Source of the DNA: Eledone cirrhosa
Taxonomy: Eukaryota
Direction of reading: 5' to 3'
Assembly (NCBI GenBank): GCA_964016885.1
Contig: OZ024752.1
Span: forward strand, 5,208,001-5,272,000
Length of the DNA stretch: 64,000 nt
Below are positions 1 through 14,874 of the stretch, in pieces; the stretch's first letter is position 1, and the number at the start of each line of letters is the position of its first letter. The notes under the pieces are model-generated. The model ran no database searches and was not told the origin of the DNA. It saw only the letters and a list, made by a program, of their open reading frames with translations. A program made the translations under genes and the position numbers.

Positions 1-1924
1 AACAAGAATATACGGCCTTTATGTTTTAATTATCAAAATAGTCAACAGTCATCAGAGGTTTAGTGAAATAACTAACTTTCAATTTAATAATATAAGACAA
101 ATATTTAACTACTGAGATCTAATGTCATCTAACATGTCATGATGCGAATTCGGTCTAAGGTTTGAATTGAAATTCAAACATTTTAATTGATGTGGTTTGT
201 GTTGAAAGGGTTAAATTATATAATAACAATGTGATATTTCTTTGATCAAGGGTGAACCATTTTAATGGGAAGTTTACTTTGTAATATAAAATTTGAATTT
301 GTGACAACAGAAAAAGCCTTAACTTTATAAAATGAAACCAGTAAAATGAATATCTTTTGCTACTCTTCCCCTCCTAACATCTCTACTATTTACACTATAA
401 TACCTGAAGTAACTATTCAATCATAGACCTCCGATTAATTAATTCTTTATAGTTTTATTTTTCTATTTAAGCAAACAAGAGATGTAACTTCTCAATAGAT
501 TTCTTTCTATCTTTAAGGTTTCTATCTGTGTGAGGTTAAAAAGCTCACTTCGCAGTCGCATGGTTCAAGGTCCTATCCTTTTGGGCAAATGCCTTCTGTT
601 ATAGCTTCAGGTTGCCCAATATGTTGAGAATGGAATTTGGTGAACACAATCTATGCAGATGCCCACCATATATATTTGTGTGTGTTTGTTTCTTACCACC
701 AATACCTTACAGTGTTAATGTCTGGAGAAAAGAGCTAATTCTCTAAAAGAACCTAAATTAGGTGAACATAACTTTTTGATATATAGTGGTAATTAAAATT
801 TTTATTTGGATAAATACTGAGTTTGATATAATTGACTAAAACCATTGAAGGCATTGCTCTAACATGGCCACAATCCAATGTTTGAAACATTAAAAAAAAT
901 TAATTAAAACAATATGCTTATCAAATAATTTATGCTTTTTTTCCCCTTAATTCTACCAAATGTTTATGCTTGTCTTGCATCTGCAGAAACTTCAGAATAT
1001 ATCTATTGAAGAATCCAAGTAGTCTTAAACTATATATTCCTGTTTTTTCTTTGTGTGAAAATCTTTTGCTCAACTGGATTTGTCGCGTGATCTTGGCAGT
1101 TCCTTTTGCCATTATTTCACCTCAACTGATTATTGGGAAAAAAACTTTGAAACGTTTTTACACCTTTGATGATTGGCAGAGTTTAAAGACCAACTATTCT
1201 AATGTAGATTTGTAGAAAACACTCTCTTTAATCAAAATATGTTGTGCACGAAAGAAGAACCTTCAGCATATTTGCCAGCCTGTCATCCATAATTTTCAGT
1301 TCAGCTCAAGCTGACATGTTTTAAATGTTGTAGTAACATGTCAATGGAAACTAAAAGTGAAGGGTTGGGTTTAGATAGAGGAAAAAATAAAATAAAGGAG
1401 GATTAAAGAGTTGGGTATGGAAGTAGTATAAAAGATGTGCTGAATGAGGAGGAAATATTTTGTAAGAGAACAGTGACATATTCCACAACAACCATCAAAG
1501 AAACACTTAAATATCTTCTTTTTTTTTTCTGTTATCACCACTGGTAATTTACTTTTGCATAAGACAGCCATTCACAATAAATAAAACAGCAAACTGAAAT
1601 ATGTTGAAGATTGCCGCAGCAGTAATGTTACCATTTAAACTTTACTGTAAGTAGCCACTTGATCAAAGTATAGATTCTGTCTTTCTTAAGTCAAAGAAGG
1701 AATTTATCTAAATGGCCATTTAACCTGCTAGAAATAAGAACCACACCTTTAATTTAGTTTTACAATTGAAATGGAGTCTAGCGGTCAACATAATCTGTAA
1801 TGTAGTACTTTTAAATATTTTTCCTGTCTGTAAATCCATTTAGAATTAAGTACTTCATTAGAATTAAGAACTTTGTTACAAAAAAGAAACTATTCAATGC
1901 CTTTGGTTGGTTGTTTGTTTTTCC

Positions 1925-2231
1925 AGTATCTCCCAGGGTGGCTAAATACGTATGTCTTCCGGAAATCACCTTTTCCCTCCCACCGACCCCCACTCACCAC
2001 CATAGTTATTGGGCCAATCAAAACTCAGCGGTTTTATAGTAAAGCTTCTAACACTAATATCTCACAAGGCTGATACTTCTTAAGCTTAGACCTAGATGTT
2101 GTTCGCTACGAAAAATGGATTACAGAGTTGGGGAATATAACCACTCACAATGACGAATTCACCTCCCGTTTCAGGATGAGCAAGCAAACACTCTTCAGGA
2201 TGAGCAAGCAAACGCTCTTCCAAACGCTCTT
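1925..2231 (+). mobile_element. Possible PIF/Harbinger transposase 5' remnant
   Basis: DEFTSRFRMSKQTLF resembles the F-R-M-S-x-x-T-F motif near the N-terminus of Harbinger transposases; short and interrupted by the RTE. Confidence 0.3.
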
Positions 2232-4507
2232 TACTTTGCAAAGAGGGAAGCGGAGGATAGTAAGTTCAAGCATATTCTACAAAGAGAGGACCAAAAACAT
2301 GAGGTGTTCAGGATTGCGAGGCATTGTGTCAAGAAGAATTGTGATATTGTCGAGGAGAAGTGTGTCCGTAATAACGAGGGTGTACTTGCCCCCACTGATA
2401 GGAGTAAGGAGATAGCTTGGAAGTGTCACTACAAGAGACTACTGAATGTGGAGAATGAATGGAATAAAGATAGTCTGCCCCACATCAATCCAACAGAAGG
2501 ACCACCTGTACAAGTTAATGGTAGTATAATAAGTAAGGCAATCACAAATATGAAGACAGGCAAGGAAGTTGGACCTTCGGGGATAGTTGTTGAAATGTTG
2601 AAGGTATCTGAAATGGTAAGACATACTATGGTCACCCAGATAGTAGACCAAGTAATACAGAATGGGGTCATACCAAATGACTGGCGTAGCAACATCATCA
2701 TCAACTGTTACAAGGGCAAAGGAGATGCCCTGGATAGAGGAAACTATAGGGGCATTAGATTAGTTGACCAGGTCATGAAAGTCACAGAAAGAGTTACTAC
2801 TCAACTGATTAGAGACCAAATTGATCTAGCCGAAATGCAGTTTGGGTTTGTGCCCGGTAAAAGTACCATGGATGCTCTTTTCCTTGTACGGCAATTACAG
2901 GAGAAGTACCTAGCCAACAGTAAACCCCTCTACTTAGCTTTTGTTGACCTGGAGAAGGCCTTTGACAGAGTCCCATGCACATTAATCTGGTGAGCACTTA
3001 GAAAACTAGGAGTGGAAGAATGGCTTGTGAGAGCTATACAAGCCATGTATAGAGGAACGATCAGCAAGGTTAGAATTAACAATAAATATAGTGATAAATT
3101 TAGCATAATAGTAGGGGTTCACCAAGGCTCTGTCCTTAGCCCCCTCCTGTTTATTATTGTCCTACAGGCTATAACAGAAGGGTTTAAGACTGACTGCCCA
3201 TAGGAACTTCTATATGCAGATGATCTAACTCTCATAGCTGAATCTATGGCTGAACTAGAGAAGAAATTCCAAACATGGAAGCATGGCCTAGAATCAAAAG
3301 GCCTTAGAGTCAACTTGTCTAAGACTTAAGTTCTAGTATGTAGAAAGGAGAATAGGGCTCAAGTGCCCTCTGGGAAATGGCCATGCTCAGTGTGTAGGAA
3401 AGGAGTAGGTAGAAATTCTGTTCTATGTCCCAAATGCAAACTATGAGTACATAAAAGATGTAGTGGGATCACAGGTAAGCTATCTAAGAACATACATTTT
3501 ATATGTGGCCGATGCTCAGGTGTAATAAGTAGCAAGGATCCACTGGATGCTATCTCCAAGATGCAACTGCCCAGATGGTTCTATAGAAATAGTAGACACT
3601 TTCAGTTACCTGGGTGACAAAATCAGTAGTGGAGGAGGGTGCTCTGAAAGTGTAGTAGCCACAGTTAGAACGGGATAGAAAAAGTTCAGAAAACTAATAC
3701 CACTGTTGGCCACAACGGGTTTTACTCTAAAAGTGAAAGGCAGATTGTATGATGCTTGTATACAAACAGCGATATTACATGGTAGTGAGACCTGGACGCT
3801 GTGTGCTGAAGACTTGCGTAGATTAGAAAGAAATGGAGCTTGCATGCTCCGATGGATATGTAATAGTAATGTGCGCGAACGACCAAGCATAAACAAATTG
3901 AGAGAGAGACTAAGCATAAGAGGTATTAAATGTTGTGTTCTGGAGGGAAATTGCATTGGTATGGACATGTGATGTGTATGAAGGACGACAGCTGTATAAA
4001 AAAGTGCAGGGCAATGAAAATTGATGGAAGCTACTGAGTGGGTAGATCAAGAAAAACCTGGGATGAGGTGATAAAAACTGACCTTGCTCACTTACACCTC
4101 TCTAAGACAATGACACTGGATCAAGACCTTTGGCACCATGCAGTTGTATAGAAGACCCGACTGCCATTGCATACAAACCTACAGTCAGTAAGCACTTCTT
4201 AACCCAATGTACACTCCACCTCACACACCCTACCCCATCCTCTCTCTCCCGTTCCGTCCACCATATTGATGACACAACAGTCCACACTGTAAGGTGGTCG
4301 TGTAGGAGACACGGTAAAAAGGCTCCCAGTCCACACTGTAAATGTGGTTAGTGTTAGAAAGGGCATCCAGCTGTAGAAAACCTGCCAGAGACACTTCCGT
4401 ATGAGCAAGACATGGTCTCCTGACTATTCCCGCATCAAATGGAACAAAACCGTCTAACTCACGTTAGTGTGGAAGCTGGACGTTAAACGATGATGATGAT
4501 GATGATG
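2232..4507 (+). mobile_element. 5'-truncated, decayed RTE-clade LINE (RT with PHD-like insert)
   Basis: NYRGIRL, QFGFVPGKST, FVDLEKAFD, GVHQGSVLSPLLF, LYADD motifs with several stops; 3' UTR ending GGACGTTAAAC(GAT)n. Confidence 0.93.
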
Positions 4508-6539
4508 ACCTCTCTTAGAAGGAAAGACATTAGATAATGAAATCCTTGATGCACTATGTTTTAATAAAAGACATAGCTAGAACACTCTCTGATAAGGGTA
4601 TGCTCAAGCAAGGCTGCACTGGGGATAAACAGAGTAATGGTAAAGGCCCCTTTTGATCACAAATGACTGTGTGTTTTGCACCTAGAATGTTCCCTTCTGA
4701 GGCAAGGTGTTTTGTGGAAGACCAACCGTTCTTCATACATGCTAGTGTTTTGCTTAAAGACACAATGATCCTTCAACTGTTTCAGGTTGTCACAAGATTT
4801 GTGATAGAAATAGCTGGGAAAAGTTTGCGATAGGGATAGTTGGGCAAAGTTTGAGATGGAACAGCTGGGCAAAGTTTGGGATAGGGATAACTGGACCAAG
4901 TTACCCTTTTTAACTATCTATGCAACAAGTATTCTACTTGAGTGTTTCATTAAGATCTGATGTATTCAAGGTCCAGGTGTATTTGTGTAGCTAAGAAATT
5001 AATTTCTCTGCTATATTGTTTTAGCTTCAATTCTATTGTATGTCCTTGAGACAATTTCTCATAGTTTAGCCTTAGATCTATCAAACCTTTATGAAGGAAA
5101 TTTGGTTGATTGAAACTGCATGGAGGGAATGTTCCTGTTTTCTTTTTGTTTTCTTTTTTTGTGGTAGACTTAACCCATCACCTGGTTTAACATCACTGTC
5201 TGACTTTAAGGTGACTTTAGCTGAATGCACACTGCTGCAAGCATTTGGCTCAGATTACTGATCTGAGAATCACTTCTTACTGCCTATCCCACTCTACCAT
5301 CAGTTTTGGAGGCCCTGATAAGACTCATGGGTACTGCTCATCCATCTCTGACTAAGCTATAATACAGATATTTCACTATAATTAAGATTTTAGAAACAGT
5401 TAGTAAAACATGTCTAAATTAATTTATATATGAGCATATGTTAGAATGGCATTGAGCGCCAAGGTTATCTTTGTCTTTCATCCTTATGGGATCGATAAAA
5501 TAAAGTACCAGTCATGCACTGGGGTAATTGCTGGCTTTGTGACATAAGTAGAAACAAATATTTATGTTGTAATGAGATTATGATGGAGATTTTAATTTAG
5601 GTATGAACACTTTGGTTTGGGAAATCTCATGGAGAGGGTGGGCAGAGAATGAACTTATTTAATGATGCTAAATATACGGGAAATAAATCTTCCCATTGAC
5701 AGAATAGCAATCTGTTGCAGTTAACATTCCAATATAACTTTTTCTTGTAGCTTTTCTTGATATCTGTGTGAATTGAGATAGTGCAAAATGAAATGTTTTG
5801 ATTCAGTGACACTGTGATGTGAGATAAATCTCTTCTTTAGTAGGTAAGACACTGATCTAGCTCAGCTCACATTTCCAGATGATCTGCTGCTTATTTCCAA
5901 CATCTAGGTACACTGAGGTATATTAAAATAAAGTATCCAGTCCATACACACGCTATGAAACACCTAAGTGGATTTGAACTTGTGAGCTTGCCAAACAAAG
6001 GGTTAGGATGACCCTTTAGTTATGTCAAGAATATGACACCCTCCCTACTGTTGGTGATCTGCACAATAAAAGCACCCAGTATATGTTTTAAAGTGGTTGG
6101 TGTTAGGAAGGGCATCTAGCCGTAGAAAGCTTGCCTTCAGTTTGTGTCAAAGATACAACAGCTTCTTCTTTGCACTCGATAATGACCATATATAAGCAAA
6201 ATACAGACCACTTTGGTCTGTCTGGGACATCAGTGGCCCTGCTTCAGTACTGACTTGGTCTATGTAGACCTGTCCAACCCTTGCTAGCAGGGAAAGCAAA
6301 CATTAAATGATAATAAAGATGAACAGATAATTATGAACTGTGTCCACTCCCTATTTTCATTTCTATACAATATCAAGTTGATATGAGATACATATAATTG
6401 CTGTTTCATAATCATTGTTATATCACAAAATTGATATCTGATATGCATGTACAGCAATGTTCTAAGGACAGTTATATCATTGAATTGATATTTGATACAT
6501 AAGTGTCATAGTAGAATGCAATCAGTGTCATGTTTTGAG

Positions 6540-6885
6540 CTTCTTCTTCTCTTCTTCTTTGCCCACTTATTCCTGAGAGGGTCATGGGAGCAGAATCCTC
6601 AAATACTCCTTCCAGCAGATCCTGTCAGAAGCAACTATCTCCAACTAATCCAGCTGGATCCCCAAGTAAGACCGGCCAAACCTGTGGATGTTATCCAACC
6701 ATCTTGCTCGAGGTCTACCCCTGGGTCTCCTGCCAGTTGGTTTCGCCCATAAAATTTATCCAGCGATTCTTTTCTGAGACATTCTAACCACATACCCCTA
6801 GTATCAGAGCTATGGTCTCTCAATTCAGAGAAGTATCGGCTCTACCTGGAGTGACTCTCTCATCACTCAGCTATGCACTCTGTAA
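6540..6885 (-). mobile_element. RTE-clade LINE 3' fragment with (GAA)n tail
   Basis: Minus strand reads PTGRRPRGRPRARWLDNI...DRICWKEYLRILLP; related remnants near 11980-12090 and 16090-16290. Confidence 0.7.
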
Positions 6886-8189
6886 TGTTGGTCCAAACAG
6901 AGATCAATACCTTGAGCTTGATATTAGAAATATAATACAATAGAGATCTGTATGTTATATCATCAAGTTGATATCATGCATATGTATAGTAAAGGTTTAT
7001 AACCTATGTTATATTGCCAATTTCATATTTAATATAGGTGTTCAATAACATGGGATCTGTATGTTATATCATCAAATTGATATTTGATAGATATATACAA
7101 TAGATACAATAGTGTTCTATTTTTTACCATATTAACAAGTTAGTATCAGATATATCATCATCATCATTACCATCGTTATTGTTTAATGTCCTCTTTCCCT
7201 GTTAGCAAGAGTTAGACACGGCTACATAGAGCAGGTCAACACTGAAGTGGGGTTACTGACCTCACAGATAAACCAAGGTGTCTGCATCTCATCTAGCTTG
7301 AAAGGATATTAATCTTCAAACTTGATAGTCATATGGTGAATGCATAATTAAATTAGTGTTGTTTAACAAGTTGTATATTACCATGTTGATATCAAATATA
7401 TATAATTAAAGCAAAGTTGTCTCATCAAATTGTTACATACATACAGTAGTGCTATTATAACCAATCTTATATTTTAAAGTTTAATGAAGGCCTAGGTGGT
7501 TAGAGAATTAGATTCGCAATTGTGAAGTTATGAGTTTGTTTCCCAGACCGGGCGATGCTTTATGTCCTTGGGCAAGACACTTTATTTCACGTTGTTCCTT
7601 CTGCCTAGATTTGCGACCAACAGATAGTATTAGCAACTGGAAAGACCAATGGAAACATTGTTTCCCCGGTCTGATTTGATGAGCTCCACCCCACTGGTTA
7701 AGTAAATGAGGTCTGAGATCTTGTCGATATTTTCAAGTTATCAGATATCAGAAACATATATATATATAATCACCATGTTCCTGCATCTGGTACAACCAGT
7801 CATTGGGGTGCCACTCTAGACACTTTTGTAGTTACTCATTGCCATTATTCTCTATTCTCCAACATGTGTAAAAGGGTGTTGGTGTTGTGACCACTCCAGA
7901 CCAGTCAAGTCTTTGATATTGTTAGACCAGGATGTTTTTGTCTGCCTCTTCTTCAGCTTCCCATAACTGTGCCCTGGGGGTTGGTTTTAGGTAAGGAGTT
8001 GTGGCAGGATATATGACCATTACAGGCAAGCTTCCGTTTTTCACTATCACAAGTGATGTAGATATAATTTGATAGATAGTTGGCTGCTATTTCTAGCTAG
8101 TCAAGTGATCATAGTGAGGTTCCCTTGCTGGTAGTAATAGTAAGGATAATATAGAGTGTGTTGGTGTTGTAAGTTGTGTGGTGCTGGGG

Positions 8190-9450
8190 ATGAAGTGATG
8201 TCAGGTATGCTGGTTGTGAGGCTAGGTGTCATGGTGGTGTTGTTAGTAGTGTCAGGGATAAGATGGTGGTGGTGGTGGTGGTGGTGGTGTGATGTCAGGT
8301 ATGCTGGTTGTGAGGCTAGGTGTCATGGAGGTGTTGTTAGTAGTGTCAGGGATAAGATAGTGGTATTGGTGGTGGTGGTGGTGGTGGTGTGATGTCAGGT
8401 ATGCTGGTTGTGAGGCTAGGTGTGGTGATGGTGGTGGCTGTGTTGTTGATGGTGGTGATGGTGGCTGTGTTGTTGATGGTGGTGGTGGTGGTGGTGGCTG
8501 TGTTGTTGATGGTGGTGGTGGCTGTGTTGTTGATGGTGGTGATGGCAGTGGTGGTGGCTGTGTTGATGGTGGTGGTGATGGTGGTTGTGTTGTTGATGGT
8601 GGTGATGGCAGTGGTGGTGGCTGTGTTGATGGTGGTGGTGATGGTGGTTGTGTTGTTGATGGTGGTGGTGGTGGTGGTGGCTGTGTTGTTGATGGTGATG
8701 ATGGTGATGCTAATTGTGCTGTTGATGGTGGTGGTGTTAGCTGTGTTAGTTTAATGTTAGTTTTGTTGTTGATGGTGGTGGTGGTGATGATGTTGGTTGA
8801 GTTGGGGATGGTGACTGTGTTATTGATGTTGATGGTGGGGATGGTGACTGTGTTATTGATGTTGATGGTGGGGATGGTGACTGTGTTATTGATGTTGATG
8901 GTGGGGATGGTGACTGTGTTATTGATGTTGATGGTGGGGATGGTGATTGTGTTAATGGTGGTTTGCTTATTATTTTGTCTTGTCATTGAAAACAGAAATG
9001 ATGATACATGATGTTGAATAATGGGTCTAGAAGCAACAGACAAGATGAATGGAGAAATAGATTTCTATAGATTCCCCACCATCATCCCCACCACCACCAC
9101 CACAACAAACACCACCACCACCATTACCACAAACATAACCACAACCACCATTACTACCACAACCACCAGCATCACCACCACAACCACAACTACTACCACC
9201 ACCACCACCACCATTACTACCACAACCACCACGACCACCACAACCACCACAACCACAACCACAACCGCATCGTCACCATCATCACTAACACAACCACCAC
9301 CGTAACAACAACCACAATCACCATCACAATCACAACAACCACCACCATTACTACCACAACTACCACCACCACCACAACAACAACCACCATACCACTACAC
9401 CACACCATTCATATAATTCCCCCACCACAACCATACACCATCACCACCCC
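8190..9450. repeat. Compound minisatellite: GGT/GAT-rich block followed by ACC-rich block
   Basis: Three copies of a unit starting TGATGTCAGGTATGCTGGTTGTGAGGCTAGGTGT about 100 bp apart, ~33-bp units at 8805-8960, then a (CCA/ACA)n tract at 9075-9450. Confidence 0.9.
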
Positions 9451-11060
9451 CCTTAAAACCATATATGACATTTTCACATAATGCTGTAAAAATCTAGATT
9501 ATGGAAGATGGAAGCAGTGACGGGAGGGGGGGGGGGGTGAATGGTAGGAGAGAGAGGGATGGTGAGAAGGGGAGGGTGAATGGTAGAAGAGAGTGAAAGG
9601 GCGGTTATAGAAACTATAGCTAACCCTACATTTTCATACATCAGGAAAACAAAACATAAAAGGATATTGAGAGATATTTTATTTTTGTTGGTTGTTTTTC
9701 TTGAATTTGTTTTTTTTTTGTTTTTTTAGTTTGTTAGTTTCCTTTTTTAATTTTATGTTTCTTTATTTCATTTATTTCATTTATTTCATTTATCTTTCCT
9801 CCACATCATCATCACCATCATCATTATCATCAACATCATCATCATCATCATCATTACCATTGTCATTTTTATTATTGCAGTTCCTATTGTAAAACAAATA
9901 GAGACAGAAAGGAAAAGAGAACTGGAGAAAGAGAGAGAGAGAGAGTGTATGTGAATATAAGACAGGAAGAGAGAGAGTGAATATGAAAAAGAATAAGAGA
10001 AAGAGAGAGAGAGAGAGAGAACATGAGAGAGAAAGAGATAGAGAGAGAAAGAGATAGAGAGAGAGAGAGAGAGAGAGTATGTGTACCACACCCTTCCAGT
10101 GTCATCATTTTTGATCATTAGTATATAAATAGGAGAAATGGATTTGCAGTATTATTGGCAATAATTATATCATATGGTTTTGTGTATCTCTTCCTGTGGT
10201 TTTGAGGTATTCAGATATCTAGCTAATAAACATAATAACATGCCTCCATTTGAAAAACAGTGTATTACTTATATATTATGTATATATGCATAGATACATG
10301 CATTTACATATGTATGCATGCATGCATATAAGTATGCATGTATGTATGCATTATTGTCTGTCTGTCTGTGTATTTATATGATTAGGTGTGCATATATATA
10401 TATATCATCATCATCATTTTATGTCCGCTTTTCCCTGCTTGCAAGGGTGGGCATCATCATTTAATATACATTTTCTCTGCTAGCAAATATTCAACTGGTG
10501 GCCTCACACACAAAATCCTTAATTTGAGCTATTGACCTCTCAGGTGTCATACACATACACATATATAGTGTGGTATAGTAAGTAGAACACTCAGTCCATA
10601 GGACAAGTTCAGTATGAAGTTAGTCCCATAACATATTAACTAACCATACTTGAGGACGTGTGTTTCACCCAACAGATTTTCAACCCGAGGTTGTATTTAC
10701 AATGGAAGTGTATATGAACTGGTCCAGTCACAAAATCACCTCATATACACTTCCATTCTTAGCACAACCTCAATCTTGGATGAAACATCCTCAAGTATGA
10801 TTTGCTAATTTGTTGTGGAACTAACTAAACTATTTATATATATATATATATGTGTGTGTTCACTGATTTCAGGGACTTGACTCCTTCTTCCTCACTTTTC
10901 GTTGCATTACCATCTTTGATTGTTTACAGTCTCACTCGTTCCCCTTATTTATGTGTCCCAACGACTTTCTTTAGCCATTGCTCGCACCAACCGGAGGTAT
11001 ATGGTCTTTAAAGCGATGAAATACCAATGAAGGTTGGCAGATCACTGATGAAGGACTAAA

Positions 11061-11104
<44 letters not shown>

Positions 11105-11479
11105 GTGCCATAGAATTAGATATCACCTACACACATATAGATACCTATATATATGTATGTATATGTGTGGGTGGTTCATTTATGAAGCAATTTGACATAT
11201 TTGAAAATGTTTGCATTTTGAAAAGCTGTCATAATGCTAATGAATTATATATATATATATATCAAATCTATTAGGTAAAGTACCTCTGGAGATGAAAAAA
11301 GTGGACAGAGCTACTCTTGGTATGCCACCATAAATGTATTGCTCCTATCATATTATTGTGGGGTGCAGATGTTCTTAATTTTCTAACAAAAATTACTAAA
11401 TTTTCCAACAACAATACTACATGACTCCATTTAACATCATTCCAATGCTACCCTGCTCAGTACTGACCATTATTAGAAG

Positions 11480-11665
11480 GCGGTGGGTTGGCTGTATCAG
11501 TAGAGAGTCAGACGCCATGCTTTGCAGCATAGAATTACGGCCCTTTACAGTCTGAGTTCAAATCCCGCCGAGATCAACTTTGCCTTTCATCCTTACGGGG
11601 TCGATAAAATAAAGTACCAGTAATACACTGAGATGATTGCTGGCCTTGTGCCAAAAGTAGAAACA
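11480..11665 (+). mobile_element. tRNA-derived SINE with MetaSINE-like central domain
   Basis: B-box GAGTTCAAATCCC; GCCTTTCATCCTTACGGGGTCGATAAAATAAAGTACC core; 11-bp target-site duplication ATTATTAGAAG (11469-11479, 11666-11676). Confidence 0.75.
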
Positions 11666-12278
11666 ATTATTAGAAGTTTTAACTCTTCAGCTAGAAATGC
11701 AAGCAACACTGATTTGCTAACAAAGCATTGGACAAATTTGAAAATATATTTGCTTTTTGAAAACCTGCCACAATGCAGGTGAACTATAAATAATTTCTAG
11801 ATCATCCACATTGTGATGGCTTTACAAAAATCAAACATAATTTTATATATATATATATATACAAGGGTGTAATGAAAAGTTCCTGGCTTTAAGGAGATTG
11901 CAAAAGGGTAGAGCTGTTGCCTTTACAGGGGAGGTAAGACCGCTGCAATAAGTGTGTGAATCTGGGAGAGGAATATCTTCTTCTTTGACCATTTATTCCT
12001 GTGAGGGTCATGGGGGAAGAGTCCTCAGACATTCCTTCTAGCTGGTCCTCTCAAAAGCAAATGTATCCAATTGATCTGGCTATCCATAAGGTCATCAGAC
12101 AAGTCTTGTCTGATGACAAAATGAACAGGAGACACTAAGGACTAAAAAGGAGGTCACAGAATGTTTGCTAAACCAACCAATGATTGGATTAGTTATCTGA
12201 CTAATGATAAAAACGGAAGCAAGACTCAACTGGTGTGCATATTTTTATTGCCACCAATTACATATGTGCATGTGTATA

Positions 12279-13168
12279 CGAGGTGGGTCAGAAGTTTCAG
12301 GACTGATGTCACAAAAGATTTATTTCAAACCCAAACTTCACACTAAGAGTTTTCGCCTTCAAAGTAATCCCCCTGGAGTCTAATGCACTTTTCCATTTTT
12401 CTGCCACGCTTGCATGCACTCCTGGAAGGATTCTTCTGGGATCCTCCGCAGTTCCATTGTCACAGCCTTTTTGATGTCGTCCACGTCTTCAAAACGGGTC
12501 CCCACCGGGTCGTACTCGAAGATCTATGACTCATCACCGGTGATGACTGTCCCTAGCAAGTCTGGTTCAGTTTCAAGATGCTCGAGGATGTCCTGGTACA
12601 CTTGCATGCATCGACCCTTCTGGTCATCGTTCAGCAGTTTTGGCACCATCTTCGCGCAGACTTTCCGCATGTCCAAATCTTCAGTGAGAATCTTCCAGAC
12701 GCTGTCCCAATTCATGCCCAAATCATTTGCCATCAGTCAAACAGTCAGCCGACGATCGCTACACACCATCTGCCTGACACGCTCAACGTTGACCTCTGTC
12801 CTGGTTGTTGAGGGCCTTCCACTCCTGGGTTCATCTTCCACGTCCTCGCGTCCTTCTTTAAACCTCTTGTACCTCTCAAAAACACGTGAGCGTGACATCG
12901 TCTGATCTCCATACACTTGCTGCAGCAATCCCAGTGCTTCTGACGGAGTTTTCAAGTTTGTTCGTTGCTCTGTGCTCATTGCTTGACAACCTGAAACAGA
13001 GGACATGTATATAAAATTATGAAGAAAAAAGTTTGATTGCTGCAGAGAGCTAAGATTACAGTTACATACTCCAGGGGGATTACTTTGAAGGAGAAAACTT
13101 GGTGTGAAGTTTGGGTTTGAAATAAATCTTTTGTGAGATCAGTCCTGGAACTTTTCTGACACACCTCA
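12279..13168 (-). mobile_element. Internally deleted mariner transposon with ~100-bp terminal inverted repeats
   Basis: Transposase pieces EQRTNLK, RFKEGREDVEDEPRSGRP, KVCAKMVPKLL, ITGDES and C-terminal QGDYFEG; TA on both flanks. Confidence 0.9.
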
Positions 13169-13225
13169 TATATACATATATATATATATATATATTTATA
13201 TGTATGGGTGTGTATATATATATAC

Positions 13226-13302
<77 letters not shown>

Positions 13303-13315
13303 CACACACACACAC

Positions 13316-13347
<32 letters not shown>

Positions 13348-14874
13348 ATATATACACACACATATACATATATATATATATACACATATATATGTGTTAA
13401 GTGTATATATCCTCATTTCAAAATTGAGCTATTTTCTTTTTAATGGATGGTGTGATTGTTTATGACAGTGTAAGATATTTTGTCAAAGAATTCTTCTTTT
13501 TATAAATGTTGAATTGAAAGACAAAATAGAAATGAAAAAATACCCATGGCTTTCTACAAAAAGAAGAAAAAAAAGCTTAACTATACCTGGTAGCATGCAT
13601 TTGTTGATTCAACGATCATTTTATTTCATAGAATATAAACTTGCTCCATTCAGCTTTCAATCAATTTTTTTCAATATTAAAAATATATATAAAAAAAAAC
13701 CTTTTACATCATTTTTTCTCCCACAAGGATCTGATGTTGAGTTATATTTTAAGAAGTTTTTAATCTAATGCCCTTGGTTTCTCTGAGTTTTTTTTTAGGG
13801 GGGTTCTTGAATCTCTCGTTGTGTAATGGAATTTATAGGAATATATGGGTGAGGTTAATGGGGTCTGCATTGGGTTTGAAGAGAACTGGGTGATTGAAAA
13901 CAGTAGGAAGTGATTTTATCCATTATATACCCTATACAGAGTTTATGCTAGTATACCTATCATCATCATCATCATCATCATCACTGTTTTATGTTCATTT
14001 TCCATGCTGTCATGGTATGAGATGGATGAGACTATGACAGATTAGATGACCTCACCTTGCTCATATTTTCCATTTTGTCATGATTTCTGCAGCATGGTGC
14101 CCTTCTTAACACCAACCACTATACAACATGTACCAGTTTATCATAACACCATCACTACCACTTTCTAAAGTGTTTATATCTCTCACTCAGAACATATAGA
14201 AGTGTACCCAATATATTTCTTACCCAGAACATATAATAGTGTATCCAATATATCTCCAGAACATATAGTAATGTAGCCAGTATGTAACCCTCTTAGTACA
14301 TAACCTGTGTGCCCAACATATTGTTTATATAGCCATATCTAATATGCCCTGAATATATGCAAGTATACCCATTGTGTAACCATTTATATCATACTTGTGT
14401 ATCTAACATGTTGTTTACATAGCAATGAGCCTTAGCCAATGTTAGTCAGTGCTGGATTTAGGACAAACGAGGCCCTAACCCTAACACCTTGGGCCTTGAA
14501 GGAGGAAATTCATTGTAAAACATCTTTTTGGCAGGAATATGCTCCCCCTGGGCAACAGGGCACTGTGCATACCTAAGCACAGTGGTAAATTTGGCACTGA
14601 TGTTAGTGTACCCAATGATTTATGAACTTCGAAAACATTTCTTTGAAATCAGATACCTTCGAAGTGGATTCACTTAGAAAGTATTTTACTCAGAAAATCA
14701 AAACATCGAAAAGTTGGTTTCATACACCATCTTCGAATACAAGATTGGGCAATAATCTGTATAACGGGGTAATCAAAACCATTTTCATCAAGAACATTTA
14801 TTAAAACAATAAAAAATCTAAAACAATTGTCATGCTAAATTTAATTGAAAATCAAAATCACTAAAATTGTTATT

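Noticed and set aside
8190-8420. CRISPR-like repeat-spacer array
   Set aside because: Intervening sequences are also duplicated or simple repeats; eukaryotic context with no cas genes.
8252-9305. Pro/Thr-rich mucin-like ORFs
   Set aside because: Products of trinucleotide repeats; a candidate acceptor near 8995 gives stops in all three frames.
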